Source: Eledone cirrhosa
Taxonomy: Eukaryota
Length of the DNA: 64,000 nt
Assembly (NCBI GenBank): GCA_964016885.1
Contig: OZ024763.1
Location: 25,172,001-25,236,000, forward strand
Direction of reading: 5' to 3'
The position numbers and the translations under genes are program-made. How positions within the stretch are numbered: the first letter of the stretch is position 1; every line of letters begins with the position of its first letter. Below are positions 17,613-31,059 of the stretch, one piece after another. Under the pieces are notes generated by a model. The model was not told where the DNA came from. It searched no databases and saw nothing but the letters and a program-made list of their open reading frames with translations.

Positions 17613-17652
<40 letters not shown>

Positions 17653-17653
17653 C

Positions 17654-17709
<56 letters not shown>

Positions 17710-17857
17710 ATATATACATATATATATATACGTATATATATGTATATATATATATACATATATATATATATACGTATATATATATGTATATATATATATA
17801 CATATATATATATACGTATATATATATGTATATATATATATACATATATATATATAC

Positions 17858-17904
<47 letters not shown>

Positions 17905-17909
<5 letters not shown>

Positions 17910-18412
17910 CGTTTCTGAATTTGTTTAGCAAGATTCTTTATCTGAAATCGTGTGTTGAAACCGATATTGTTATACTTTGGGAGGGTCATGTTGCCAATAA
18001 GAAACACACGCACCAGTTGCTTTCACTTAAATTTATTATATATTTATAAATTTATAAATTTACAAATCTACAAACTTATAAATTATAAATTTCTGGTTGG
18101 TTGGTTGGTTCCACAACCAGATAGTTGTTTATATATATAGTCATAGTCCTTTCGTCACACACTCTGTGACCTCTTCAGTGACTGGGGATTCCTTTCTTCG
18201 TTTCTGTGCCTTTTCTTTCTTCTATCCTACGCCATTTTGTTTCTGTGTGTGTGTTGTGTGCTCAGTTTGCGCATGTGCCACATCCGGGTGTCTGTGTGTG
18301 TTTGTGTTCATTTTTCTATTTGTTTATTTATTTATTGTTGGTTGGTTGTTTGTTCTATGTGTGTGTGTTTTCAATTGTAAGTTGTTTGTTCTATGTGTGT
18401 GTGTGTTTTCAT
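17905..18412 (-). mobile_element. PLE-derived repeat (family F); copies at 31066-31392, 37118-37864, diverged at 58936-59130
   Basis: Near-identical tttcgtttctgaatttgtttagcaagattc...ctgtgacctcttcagtgactgggg segments, TA-flanked. Confidence 0.8.
18139..18183 (-). ncRNA. Minimal type I hammerhead ribozyme (family F)
   Basis: AGUCA CUGAAGA G GUCACA-GAGUG-UGUGAC GAAAG GA CUA UGACU. Confidence 0.7.
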
Positions 18413-18436
18413 TATATATATACATATATATATATG

Positions 18437-18505
<69 letters not shown>

Positions 18506-18799
18506 TATATATATATAAAATATATATATATATATATAAAAGGATGTGTTATATATATAGATATATGTATGTATATTCACATATTATTAGGATTTTATAT
18601 ATATATATTTACACACATTCTGCTGCATATGTATATATGTATATATACACATATATACACATATATACACATGCCTATCGGAAGCGTTTTAAAAAATGAG
18701 GTGTTTTGCGTGTTTGTTTTTTTATATTCATGGAACGCTCAGTTTTAAAATAGAGTTCCCTGTCTTCCTCTCTTACACCTTGGCACACTCCTCCCCCAC

Positions 18800-19735
18800 T
18801 ACCAGTGTTATCAACAACACCACCACCACCACTACTGACACTGTTATCAAGGCCACGCCACCACCACCACTGCCACTGCTATCAACGCCACCACCACCAC
18901 CACTGCCACTGTTATCAAGGCCACCACCACCTCTACACCACTACCAACACCACCACCACCACCATCACTACACCACTACCACCACATCTACACCAACACA
19001 CTACCACCACCACCTGTTCACCACTACCAACGCCACCACCACCTCTACACCCCTCGCCCCCGACCCCCACCCCCACCACCTCTCCACCTCTACACCACCA
19101 CCACCACCACCACCTCTACTCCACCGCCACCACCGCAACACCAACACACTACCACCTCTACACCACTACCACCACCACCACCACCACTACACCACCACCA
19201 CTACACCACCACCAGCACCTCTACACCACCACCACCTCTACACCACTACACCACCACCACCACCACTACACCACCACCACCACCACCTCTACACCACCAC
19301 CACCACCACCACCACACCACCACCACCAGCACCTCTACACCACCTACACCACCACCAGCACCTCTACACCACCACCCACTACACCACCACCACCTCTACA
19401 CCACTACACCACCACCACCACCACTACACCACCACCACCTCTACACCACCACCACCACCACTTCACCACCACCACTACACCACCACCACCTCTACACCAC
19501 TACACCACCACCACCACCACTACACCACCACCACCACCTCTACACCACCACCACCACTACACCACCACCACCACTACACCACCACCACCTCTACACCACG
19601 ACCACCACCACCACCACCACTACACCACCACCTCTACACCACCACCACCACCACCTCTACACCACCACCGCCACCACCACTACACCACCACCACCTCTAC
19701 ACCACCACCAACACCACTACACCACCACCACCACC
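18800..19735. repeat. (CAC)n-based low-complexity tract with cctctacaccac subunits
   Basis: Direct reading. Confidence 0.9.
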
Positions 19736-20611
19736 TAAATAGCTGTTAAGATCTCTCTCCATAAATCAAATAATCTCGTTGGTGGATCTTGGAAATGTTC
19801 TCTTTAACAGCTACTGAAATAGTGTCTTACTCCCGTGGTGGTGATGCTGGCGGCGGCGGCGGTCGTAAAGGGGGGGGTGAGGTGATGATGGTTGTGGGGG
19901 ATGTTAAGTGGTGGTGGTGGTGGTGGGGTTTAGGGGCATTTGAGGTGGGAATAGGGGGGGGCGTAAGGGTGTGTGAGATGGCGATGCCGGTGGAAGTGGG
20001 TGTCGGTGGCGAGGAGTGGTGGTGGTGGTGGTGGTGGTGGTGCTAGAGATAGGATCAGTGGTTGTTGCGATGGTGGAGTGATGTGTATGTAGCCTGGGTG
20101 GGGGGGCTGTTTGTTTGTTTGCTTGCTTAGCGGGGGGATGGGGGGAAGATGGGGGAGTGATATTTTGGTGGTATTGTTGTTGTTGTTCGGATAGTTGAGT
20201 TTTTATTAATATTTTTAACCCGTACTTGCGCTTGTTATTGTTGTTGTTATTATTGTTGTTGTTGTTGCCGTTATTGTTGCTGTTGTTGTTGTTGTTGTTT
20301 TTGTTGTTATTTTTTGTTGATGTTATTTTCATTATTGTGTTGTTACAGTTGTTGCAGTTATTGTTGGTTTGTTGTTGTTGTTGTTATTTTTATTATTGTT
20401 GAAGTTGTTGTCGTTGTTATTGTTGTTGTTGTTTATGTTGTTATTTTTGTTGTTATTTTTGTTGATGTTATTTTCATTATTGTGTTGTTACAGTTGTTGT
20501 TGTTGTTGTCTTATCTTTGTTCCTGGATTTTTGATACCTTCATTTTGTTTTAATCGTTTTAGTATTGTTGCTGTTTACCGTTTGTTATTGTGACAGTGAT
20601 AATAATAATAA

Positions 20612-20965
20612 CTGTTTCTACGTTAGGCACAAGGCCAGAAATTACCCCAGTGTATTACTGGTACTTTATTTTATCGACCCCGTAAGGATGAAAGGCAAAG
20701 TTAACCTCGGCGGGATTTGAACTCAGAATGGCAAGGGCCGTAACTCTATGCGTCAAAGCATGGCGTCCGACCTTCTACCGATATTGCCAATCCACCGCTC
20801 ATAATAATTGTTTCTACTTTTGGCACAAGGCCCAGTGTATTACTGGTACTTTATTTTTATCGACCCCGTAAGGATGAAAGGCAAAGTTAGCCTCGGTGGG
20901 ATTTGAACTCGGATCATAAAGGGACGTAACTCTATGCCGCGAAGCATGTTGTCCGACGCTCGACC
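20612..20965 (-). mobile_element. Two tandem tRNA-derived SINE copies
   Basis: Core ctggtactttattttatcgaccccgtaaggatgaaaggcaaagtta; B-box-like ggatttgaactc. Confidence 0.85.
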
Positions 20966-21059
20966 GTGGTTATTTGAAACTTCCTTTGAATTCTTCTTTC
21001 TCATATCATGCCGAGTGTCATCATGACACCTGAGGCAAAATTTGATAATACACATATTT

Positions 21060-21450
21060 TACGAGGGGACGGCAAAAGGCCACAGATGGCATGACCATCT
21101 TCCCGTTCAGCGGTGGCAAACCCCTCGTCTGGGATGCCACTTGCACCGATACTTTCTGCAGCCGCAATCTGGTGCAGTCTGCGACTAACCCAGGTTCTGC
21201 CGCACGTCGGGCTGAGGAGGCCAAACTCCTCAAATACCGGTCACTCTCCGACAGGTTTGCGGTTGTACCCTTGGCAGTGGAGACTTCTGGTGTCCTCGGC
21301 CCTAGGGCTACCTCCCTACTCACCACCGTAGGCGCTGAGATGGCCAGCCGCAGGTATGAACCCCGCCAGTTGGAGTGACTTTTCCAGCGTGTCTCCCTTG
21401 CCTTCCTCCGGGTAAACGCCTTCTTCATTCTGTCTATCATTCCACTGAAT
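21060..21450 (+). pseudogene. 3' fragment of a CRE-like non-LTR retrotransposon (restriction-like endonuclease domain)
   Basis: Translation [28 protein letters not shown]...AEEAKLLKY...VPLAVETSGVLG...LFQRVSLA matches the PD-(D/E)xK RLE domain pattern; in-frame stop at 21376. Confidence 0.8.
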
Positions 21451-21659
21451 CAAGTTTTGAAAGTTACCTTCTATCTATTACAATCAATTGTCACACAAAT
21501 GATGCCTCAAGGACACAAACAACAGTCAATGTCTTTGCAAGGTATTTAAATTGATAGTGACCTTCTCAGGTCATGGACACTACCAGTCAGCAGTATTCTC
21601 TATATCTCTTGCAGAGATGGCCTTCCAGGTATCTGGTTCAAATATTTTTCAGTTAATAT

Positions 21660-22035
21660 TGGATTGGCAGTACCGGTAGAGAGTCGGACGCCATGCTTTG
21701 CAGCAAAGAGTTACGGCCCTTTATTGTCTGAGTTCAAATCCCGCCGAGGTTACCTTTGCCTTTCATCCTTACGGGGTCGATAAAATAAAGTACCAGTAAT
21801 GAACTGGGGGAATTGCTGGCCTTGTGCCAAAAGTAGAAACAATTATTAAGGTGGATTGGCAGAATCGGTAAAGCGTCAGACAACATCTTTTCGGCATAGA
21901 GTTACTTCCATTTACGTTCTGTGTTCAAAATCCCACCGATGTTAGCTTTGCCTTTCATCCTTACGAGGTCGATAAATAAAGTACCAGTAATACACTGGGA
22001 TAATTGCTGGCCTTGTGTCAAAAGTAGAAACAATT
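21660..22035 (+). mobile_element. Two tandem tRNA-derived SINE copies
   Basis: ggattggcag...gagttcaaatcccgccgagg...ctttcatccttacggggtcgataaaataaagtaccagt...ggccttgtgccaaaagtagaaac. Confidence 0.85.
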
Positions 22036-22264
22036 ATTATTAAGCATGCTATTATTCCTACTAATTCTATTATTGTATGTGCTGCTGCTGCTGCTGCTGT
22101 TGTTGTTGTTGTCCCATCATCCCCATCACCGCCATCTACCATTAGAAAATGAAAGAAAAAAAACATTGGCATTTGTTTTATTTTAAATTTGCAGTAATAT
22201 CCATTTTAACTGCTAAACACGTTTTAACGACAAACAGGCGCCATCTTGTTTTTATTGATTGACA

Positions 22265-22499
22265 CGTTAAAGGCAGAGAGAGAGAGAGTGCTGGGGGAGA
22301 GACAGAGCGAGAGAGACTCCTGGCTGTTAAAGGCAGAGAGAAAAAGAGAGAGAGAGACAAACTCCTAGCTATTAAAGACAGAGAGAAAAAGAGAGAGACA
22401 AACTCCTCACTGTTAAAGGTAAAGCGAGAGAGAGAGAGAGAGACAAACTCCTAGCTATTAAAGGCAGAGAGAAAGAGAGAGAGACAAACACCTAGCTAT

Positions 22500-22577
<78 letters not shown>

Positions 22578-22701
22578 AACTCCTCACTGTTAAAGGCAGA
22601 GAGAGAGAGACAAACTCCTAGCTATTAAAGACAGAGAGAAAAAGAGAGAGACAAACACCTAGCTATTAAAGGCAGAGAGAGAGAGACAAACTCCTCACTG
22701 T

Positions 22702-22753
<52 letters not shown>

Positions 22754-22785
22754 CCTAGCTATTAAAGAGAGAGAGACTCCTCCCT
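22265..22785. repeat. Minisatellite caaactcctagctattaaaggca(ga)n
   Basis: About 12 units separated by GA tracts. Confidence 0.85.
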
Positions 22786-23627
22786 GTTTTTCTCAAACAT
22801 GGCTTTCTAATCTCATTCAATTGTATCGCATTTGGTACTAGAGGGTTGTGATCCTTGATTTTGAGTTTTGTTTCTTGTTGTTAATGGTGGAATGGCGGCG
22901 GCGGCGGTGGTGGTGGTGGGGATACTGGTGATGGTCGTCGTAGTGGTGGTGTTGGTGTTGGTGGTGGTGGTGGTGGTGATGATGATGGTAGTTGTGGGGA
23001 TGCTGGTGCTGGAGGTGGCAGCAATTGTGGGGTTGCTGGTGGTTGTGGTGGTGATGTCGGTGATAATGGCGATTGTGGTGCTGGTAACAATGCTGTTGTT
23101 GCTGATGTTGTTGTTGTTGCTGTTGTTGCTGTTGTTGTTGTTGCTGCTGATGTTGTTGTTGCTGCTGCTGCTGTTGTTGTTGCTGCTGCTGCTACTGCTG
23201 TTGTTGTTGTTGTTGCTGTTGTTGCTGCTGCTGTTGTTGTTGTTGTTGTTTGATTCTTTGTTGGATTCGTGTTGATGTGTTCGACTGATAGTTTCATTTT
23301 AATGAGCTTGAACCAAACAACAACAACAACAACAACAACAGCAACAACAACAACAACTACAACACCTACAACAGCAACAACAACAACAGTAACACCACCA
23401 CCAACAACAACAAAACATGAATCAACATCATCAACAACAATAGCAACGTTAAAAAGGACCCCATAACCACCACCACCATCAACAACACCAACAACAACAC
23501 ATTTCCGTTAGCCCCACACCCACACCTGTTTCTCCCTAATTCATTTTCGTTGTTGTTGTTTCCACACATCTTCAATTACATCTAGGCGTTCCCTCACTTC
23601 CTCACCTCTCTCTATCTATCTACCTAC

Positions 23628-23700
<73 letters not shown>

Positions 23701-23705
23701 ATATC

Positions 23706-26700
23706 TATTTAGATTCTTAGTTAGAAGTAAGGATAGGGACATATTAAGCTGTCCAGAAATGCTCACGGTTGGCTATACAGATCACAAATTAGTGACCTGC
23801 GTAGTCAATCTCGAGAAAACACATAGACAGGGTCCCGGTTACTGGAAACTTAATTTGTCTTTACCGGCAAAAGAGGCTTACAGAAACCGGATTAGCAGAT
23901 TAGTTAAGGAGAGGTTGACGGGTGCAATCGTCAACAACCGATGGTGGGCATCTCTCAAAAGAGAGATTAGAACAGAATCAATAAGTTATAGCAAGATGTT
24001 AGCTGCCGATAGGAATAGGAACGAGAAAGAATTAACAGGTAAATTAGAAGAGGCAATCAAGAGCGAAGATGTGGCCAGAGTGCTGGCATCGAGGACGGCC
24101 TTGAGCCAGTTTTTCGATGCAAAGCACGAAGGCTGCGTCATTCGAAGTAAAATACGTGCTCTAGGTAATGAAGGGGCCAAAGCCGTTGGCTGGGCCCGCG
24201 TGACAGAAGCTAAGAGTGGAAATCGATCCACCATCCGGTCTTTGCAAGACGAGGATGGACGGGTGATCCAGGAGCCTAAGCAGATGTGCGAGGCCTTTCA
24301 AAGGCACTTTGCCCGATTGTTCGGGGGAGGCGAGGGTCCGGGCGGGGACGTGGATTTCGGTCCATACCTCGACGGCCTGCCGCGTCTCTCGAGCGAAGAG
24401 GCAGAGTCCAATGCGAGGGACCAATCTCGGCTGGTGAGATCGGGGATGCACTGAGCCAATGCAGCAGACGCAAATCTCCAGGTCTCGATGGTATACCTTA
24501 CGAACTTTATTTAGCAATGCCGGTCTTCTTCTCCGAACTCCTCGAAGCAGTCTACTGCAATTGGCAGCAGAACGGGAGAATTCCTTGTTCTGTAGCCAAA
24601 GGCGTAGTCTCGCTGGTGAGGAAGGACGAGAACAAGGGGGATAGTATAAATAATTTTCGGCCCATAACCCTGCTAAACACAGAGTTAAAGATTTTGGCCA
24701 AGGTGTTAGCAAAGAGGTTGGCGCTTGTCGTGGGTGGCCTGGTGGGAGATGCGCAGACATGTGCTATCCCATCCAGGTCCATTCACGATAACCTCCACCT
24801 CATGCGATACATCATAGAGAGGGTTGGCAACAAACCCGGCTTCGGTGGGGCCCTGATCAACTTGGATCAGTCTAAGGCGTTCGATAGGGCCGACCATGGT
24901 TACCTGGATGCGGTGCTAGCGGCGGCTGGGTTCGGTCCTGTTTTCAGAGGCTGGATCACTGCCTTACATAGCAACCACATCTGTTCTAGGATCAAGGTGA
25001 ACGGCTACCTTTCGAAGCCGTTCGAAATCATACGATCCATTCGACAGGGGTGCCTTCTCTCCTCCCTTCTGTACGTATTGACTCTCGAGCCTTTACTGAG
25101 GAAGTTGGAGTTGTTGCAGGGTATCCCCCTGGAACCAGGATTGAGCAAAGCGGTGTCGGCCTGCGCCGATGACGTAACAGTAATGGTATCGATCGACTCG
25201 GAGATCGAGGCGATCGGTACCTTACTGGAGGAATACGAAAGGTTGTCAGGAGCGAAACTAAACCGTGAAAAATCCATCGGGCTGCAACTGGGAACGTGGA
25301 GAGGCAGACCGATGCCTCCCGACGGTGTCGTCGGACACTGGACGGAGGGCCCGGTGAAGTTGCTTGGGGTCTGGTTTGGACCGGACCTCCAGGTGGAAAA
25401 GAACTGGGGCGAGGTTACGAACAAGGTGTTTGCACTAACCCAGAAATGGGCCAAGTGTAAGCTGTCCCTAAAAGGTCGGGTGGAGGTGGCGAACATTTAC
25501 ATAGCGTCCGTCACTTACTACCGCCTGACTGTCGTGCCTTGCCCTAAGGAAACACTTACCACCATGGAACGCATGCTCTTTCAATTTCTTTGGAAGAAGC
25601 GCCCTCCTATGGTGAGAAGATCCATCTGCTGCCAACAACCTTCGAAAGGAGGGCTGGGGATGCCGTGGTTGATGATGCGTAGGCACGCATTAAGGCTACG
25701 GCACCTACAGGTATTCCTCACTGGTCAACCGGTGTGGGCTCCGTTCGTGAGACGAGCCTTTCCGAGACTCGTCTCGCTCACCGAGCTGCAATCCTGGGTC
25801 AAGCAAAGATCCGGAAAACTGGGCGACTGGCACACTGAATGTGCCCAGGCGCTCAGGGCTCTCTGGCAAGCGGACCCGGCGATCGGTGGAGAATCCACCT
25901 CGTCATTCTATAGAGGGCTGGTGGCTAGCAGGGGCGATGACACCCTTGGAGAGTCGCTGGACATGGAAGAGGACGAACTGGCCAGCCTGTTCGGTAGGAC
26001 TTTCGGCTCGGGACCAATGGACAACTTCCAGAAGTCACTGGCCTGGCAGTGCTACCGGGGGGCTCTACCCGTTCGAGAAAAGCTCTACAGACACGGGCGC
26101 CCGGGCAGGGATCCCTCGAAAAAGATTTGCCCTAGATGCGTGCGTCACGAAGAAACCGTTGCGCACGCATTGGTGCAATGTCCGGGCGTGGCTGATCTGT
26201 GGGGCTACGCCCAACAACTGCTGTCGCGGGTGGCGCCGATTCGATTGACCGCCGAGTCCGTGATGACAATCAAGCCGCCTCCCCTCTTCACAAAGGAAGC
26301 AAAGGCGATTTTTCTGTGCGTAATAGCCATGTTGAAAGAGGTTGTTTGGTGGACACGATTGAAAGGTCTGAGGTCAGGCAACTTCCTCTCTGGCCATAGT
26401 CTGGTCTACTTCTTCCGATATCACTTCGGAAGAAGGATAAGAATGGAGAGAGAGGTGCTTGGCCACAGGCAGTTTTATTAAAGGTGGGTGATAGTGGCGA
26501 GAATGGCTCGTGTAAATGGGCCTTCTCTGTATACCATCCTGTAGGTAAAGAAGTGAAGGAGAGGGAGCACCTCCTCCATGTGCTCCCCGGGCAAAGGATT
26601 GCACACTTTTTCGGGGGTGTGTGCAACCCCCATCACGTCCCCTCCCTTTTGAGGTTGTTTTCGATTATTTTCATTTTATACCCTTTTTACTCGATTTTAT

Positions 26701-26778
26701 GTAAACTCCCCCCTTGTATTTGTCCCTTCTTTTTGTGCCTTTATGGTAAATAAAGAAATATATCTATCTATCTATCTA
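23706..26778 (+). mobile_element. 5'-truncated, decayed L1/Tx1-clade LINE (ORF2: end of APE endonuclease, RT, C-terminal CCHC knuckle)
   Basis: TDHKLV...GPGYWKLN (APE end), KSPGLDG, FRPITLLN, LDQSKAFDR, RQGCLLS, ACADD, CPRC...HALVQC; 3' AATAAA plus (TCTA)n tail. Confidence 0.93.
23720..26543 (+). pseudogene. LINE ORF2 pseudogene (endonuclease-reverse transcriptase)
   Basis: Frameshift near 24410 joins ORFs 23759-24454 and 24286-26481; YADD changed to CADD; premature stop at 26479 (sister copies read on to NGPSLY..L*). Confidence 0.88.
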
Positions 26779-28285
26779 TGGGCCTTCTCTCTATATCAGC
26801 CTGTAGGTTGAGGAAAAGGAGTCTGTCTATCTACACGACTGTATGTGAAATCCCCGGCATGTCTTTGTATTGTCCCCTTTTCTTGTTGCGCCCTCGTGGC
26901 TAATAAAGAAATCTATCTATCTGTCTATCTATCTATGGGCATTCTCTCTATATCAGCCTGTAGGTTGAGGAAAAGGAGGAGGAGAGGAAAGGAGTACAAA
27001 CTCTTCGTACTCCTGGAGATGAGGGTTGCACATTTTTTCGGGGGTATGTGTTACCCATATAAACTGTCTCCCCCTATTGGGGAAAATCGACTAATTTTTA
27101 AATTGCATTTGTGATAATATTTTACACGTTTTTATTGTATGTAAACTTCCCCCTTTGCATTTGTCCCCTTCTTTTGTGCCCCTGTGGTTAATAAAGAAAC
27201 ATATCTATCTATCTAGCCGAGTCCATAGTAAGGATCAAACCTCCACCTTCATTTAAAAACGAAAGAAATGTGGTTTTCCTCTGCATAGTGGCTATGGTGA
27301 AAGAGGTAATATGGTGGACGAGGTTAAAAGGACTGAGGGCAAACACCTTTCTCTCCGGACAACAACTTATCCCCTTCTTTAAGTACCACTTCAGAAGGAA
27401 GATGAGAGTGGAGAGAGAGGTGCTACACCCCCAGTAAATTCGCTGAAAGGTGGGTGAATGTGGCGAAAATGTCCCGAGTGAATGGGCCTTCCCTGTATAT
27501 AAACCTGTAGGTTGGGGAAGATAAACAGTGGGAAGACAGGAACACCTACAAAACGTGTCCCTGGTGTTGAGGGTTGTTCTATCCACGGTGTAAAACAACC
27601 CTGCAGTAACGTTCACCCCTATTGGGGATTTCAATTGTTATTTTATTATATATAGTTTATTGTTATTTATTAATGTTAAAGTTATTTTTATATAAAACCC
27701 CCGCCGTCACGTCTTGTAATGTCCCATTTTTGTGCGCCCCTGTGGCGATCTGCTGTCGCGTGTGGGACAAATCCAGTTGACTGCCGAGTCCATAGTAAGG
27801 ATCAAACCGCCATCTTCATTTAAAAACGAAAGAGAGGCGGTTTTCCTCTGTATAGTGGCTATGGTGAAAGAGGTTATATGGTGGGCGAGGTTGAGAGGAC
27901 TGAGGACAGATGCCTTTCTCTCCGGACAATAACTCATTCCTTCTTTAGGTACCACTTTAGAAGGCGAATCAGAGTGGAGAGAGAGAGGTACTGCACCCCA
28001 GTAAATTCACTGAAAGGTGGGTGAGTGTGGCAAAAATGGGCCTTCTCTGTATATAAACCTGTAGGTTGAAGAGAGCAAAAGGAAGAAAGGAGCACTTGTT
28101 CTATCGACGGGGTATTAAACAACCCATTTGTAACGCCTCCCCCGTATTGGAGATTTCGATTGTTATATTTTAATGTTAAAACTTTTTTTACATGACATAT
28201 GTCTTTGTATTGTCCCCTTTTCTTGTGCGCCCTTGTAGCAAATAAATAAATATATCTATTTATCTTCTGTCTATCTACCTATCTA
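26779..28285 (+). mobile_element. Stack of four further 3'-end fragments of related L1/Tx1 elements
   Basis: Repeats of AESIVRIKPPxSFKNE...VKEVIWW and gggccttctct...cctgtaggttg; three end in AATAAA plus tatctatc (~26935, ~27212, ~28265). Confidence 0.85.
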
Positions 28286-28372
28286 TATGTCTGTCTGTCT
28301 ATCTGTCTTTTCTCTCTCTATCTATCTATCTATTTATCTATCAATTACTTTAGCTATCTATCTATCTACCTG

Positions 28373-28405
<33 letters not shown>

Positions 28406-28719
28406 CCTTCTCACTATCTATCTATCTATTTCTTTCTTTCTTATTGATTCTCCCTTTCTCTCTCTTCCTTTTTCTCTCTTCGTTTTTCTCTCTCTCTCTC
28501 AATCTATTTCTATTTTTCTTATTATCACTTCCCTTTCTCGTCACTTCTCGTCAACTCTCGTCTCTTATATGTATTTTCTTATTTTTCTGTCTTACTCATT
28601 GTTACCTGACACGCCATGTTCGATATAATGTATCTTCGATTTTCTTTCCTGTGATTTTGTTTTCTAGTTGTTTTTCTCTCGTTTTTTTATATTCTTTTTT
28701 ATTTTTATTTTTGTCATTC

Positions 28720-28797
<78 letters not shown>

Positions 28798-28838
28798 CTT
28801 TCTCTCTCTCTATATATATATATATATTTATCTATCTA

Positions 28839-28875
<37 letters not shown>

Positions 28876-29058
28876 ATATATATCCCCTCTTTCTATGTAT
28901 TGGGTTGTCAAATATAAAATTTGTAGAAATTTGTGTTTCTTCTACAACTTTCTACAAATTTCATACTTGATGACCCAAAATATATAAACACCTCAGTCTC
29001 TCTGTCTGTCTGCCTGTCTCTCTCGCCTCTCTCTCTCTCTCTCCTTTCTATCTATCTA

Positions 29059-29096
<38 letters not shown>

Positions 29097-29108
29097 AATG
29101 AAAGGTAT

Positions 29109-29152
<44 letters not shown>

Positions 29153-29195
29153 CTCTCTCGCTCTCTCTCTCTCTATATATGTATTAATATAGATG

Positions 29196-29246
29196 AGATT
29201 CTACAGGACTAGAACTGTTTCATTCATTAGAAATCATCAGGAATCT
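29196..29246 (-). ncRNA. Type I hammerhead ribozyme (family C)
   Basis: Inverted copy of 30003-30053. Confidence 0.8.
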
Positions 29247-30002
29247 GGGTATCAAAAAATAAAAATGGTATTTATAGGTCTCTACAAGTGGTAGGAGAGG
29301 GTGGGGAGTGGGATGGGTGTAGGTCATTGGTTGATAGAAAAGGGAATTCATTAAAAGCTAATTCTACAAAGCTATAGTTTATTTTTATTTATTTATGTTT
29401 TTAGAGTAACAAGGGCAGACAGAATTCTATAAACAGGTTCCGGATGGCATACCATTCCTTGTCATTAAGTTTCTCTTAAGCTAACAGATGTCTATAAAAT
29501 CAGTGGGGGGGTCAGTCATGGTCGATAGAATTAAAGATTGTTTTTTTGTGAATGTGTCTGTTGATTTTTGGCATGTAGTTGATTAGTTTAAGAGAAGTTC
29601 GAAGATAATTGTAAGATATGCACTCAGTATTTTGAATCTGTCTACAGAATTCTCTAGACCTTTGTCACTTAGTAGAACCTTAATGATTTTAGCTTTTAAA
29701 GAATCTCCCTTTTCTTTAATTCTATCGACCATGACTGACCCCCCACTGATTTTATAGACATCTGTTAGCTTAAGAGAAACTTAATGACAAGGAATGGTAT
29801 GCCATCCGGAACCTGTTTATAGAATTCTGTCTGCCCTTGTTACTCTAAAAACATAAATAAATAAAAATAAACTATAGCTTTGTAGAATTAGCTTTTAATG
29901 AATTCCCTTTTCTATCAACCAATGACCTACACCCATCCCACTCCCCACCCTCTCCTACCACTTGTAGAGACCTATAAATACCATTTTTATTTTTTGATAC
30001 CC

Positions 30003-30053
30003 AGATTCCTGATGATTTCTAATGAATGAAACAGTTCTAGTCCTGTAGAATCT
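30003..30053 (+). ncRNA. Type I hammerhead ribozyme (family C)
   Basis: AGAUUC CUGAUGA UUUC-UAAU-GAAU GAAACAG UUCUAGUC CUGUA GAAUCU; stems I, II and III all pair. Confidence 0.82.
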
Positions 30054-30159
30054 CATCTATATTAAAACTTTTATACTCTGCTATGTATTGAGTACCTTAC
30101 TTACTGTGGTTACCTCCGATTCAACCCGGAATAACGTATATATATATATGTATATATAT

Positions 30160-30447
30160 AAAGTCTAAAGTCTGTCTTAAGCCAGAAGGCTCATTTGGCC
30201 GGTGCTTATCCCGGTTTCATGGCGTGAAGCGACTGAGAGTACAAGACTTCCCTTCCCCCTGGACAGGACGCTAGTCCATCGCAGGGTTAGACCTCCGGCT
30301 ATTGCTGGTACTCATTTTCAGCTGAGTATACTGGAGCAACGTGAAATGAAGTGTTTTGCCCAAGAACACAACACGCAACCCAGGAATCGAACCCACGACA
30401 TTATGATCGTAAGTCCAACACCCTTACCACTAGGCCACCTGCCTCCA
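30160..30447 (-). mobile_element. Near full-length tRNA-derived SINE with a V-domain-like core
   Basis: Minus strand ggaggcaggtggcctagtggt (A box), gggttcgattcc (B box), ccctgcgatggactagcgtcctgtccaggg, (agacttt)n tail. Confidence 0.8.
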
Positions 30448-30592
30448 AGTATGTATATACATATATGTATATATATCCCGCCCCTCTCTTTCTCTCTCTC
30501 TCTCTTTCTTTCTCTCTCCCTCTCTTTCTCACTCTCCCTCTCTCACTCTTTCTCACTCTCTCTCTCTCACTCTTTCTCTCTCTCTCTCTTTC

Positions 30593-30636
<44 letters not shown>

Positions 30637-30811
30637 ACTCTCTCTCTCTCTCTCTTTTTCTCTTTCTCTCTTTGTTTCTTTTACTGAAGAAAGGTAAAAA
30701 AAATAGAAAACAAAGACACGAATAAAATAGAATAAAAATAAGAGGAAAAATACAAAAAAAAGATATAAAGTGTGAAATATTTCTTATGTTCCTTCTTCCT
30801 GTCTTTTGCAC

Positions 30812-30935
30812 TTCACTCCATTCCACTCTACTTCACCCCACTCTACTTCACTCCACTCTACTTCACTCCACTCTACCTCAACTCTACTTCACTCTACTCC
30901 ACTTCACTCCACTCTACCTCCACTCCACTCTAAAC
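30812..30935. repeat. (CACTC/TACTT)n pentamer repeat
   Basis: Direct reading. Confidence 0.75.
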
Positions 30936-31023
30936 TCCACCAAACATCACTCACATTCACTTCAATCAACTCCAATTAACTCAAACACACATTCACGACT
31001 ATCACGTACTGCGTTAAACACTT

Positions 31024-31059
<36 letters not shown>

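Larger units (their letters stand above)
29184..30135. mobile_element. PLE-like foldback element (family C): ~353-bp inverted arms with a hammerhead in each
   Basis: 29184-29537 is the reverse complement of 29713-30065. Confidence 0.8.

Noticed and set aside
30360-30447. tRNA genes at A/B-box sequences (also 16020-16098 and SINE heads)
   Set aside because: They continue into SINE bodies and lack a full cloverleaf
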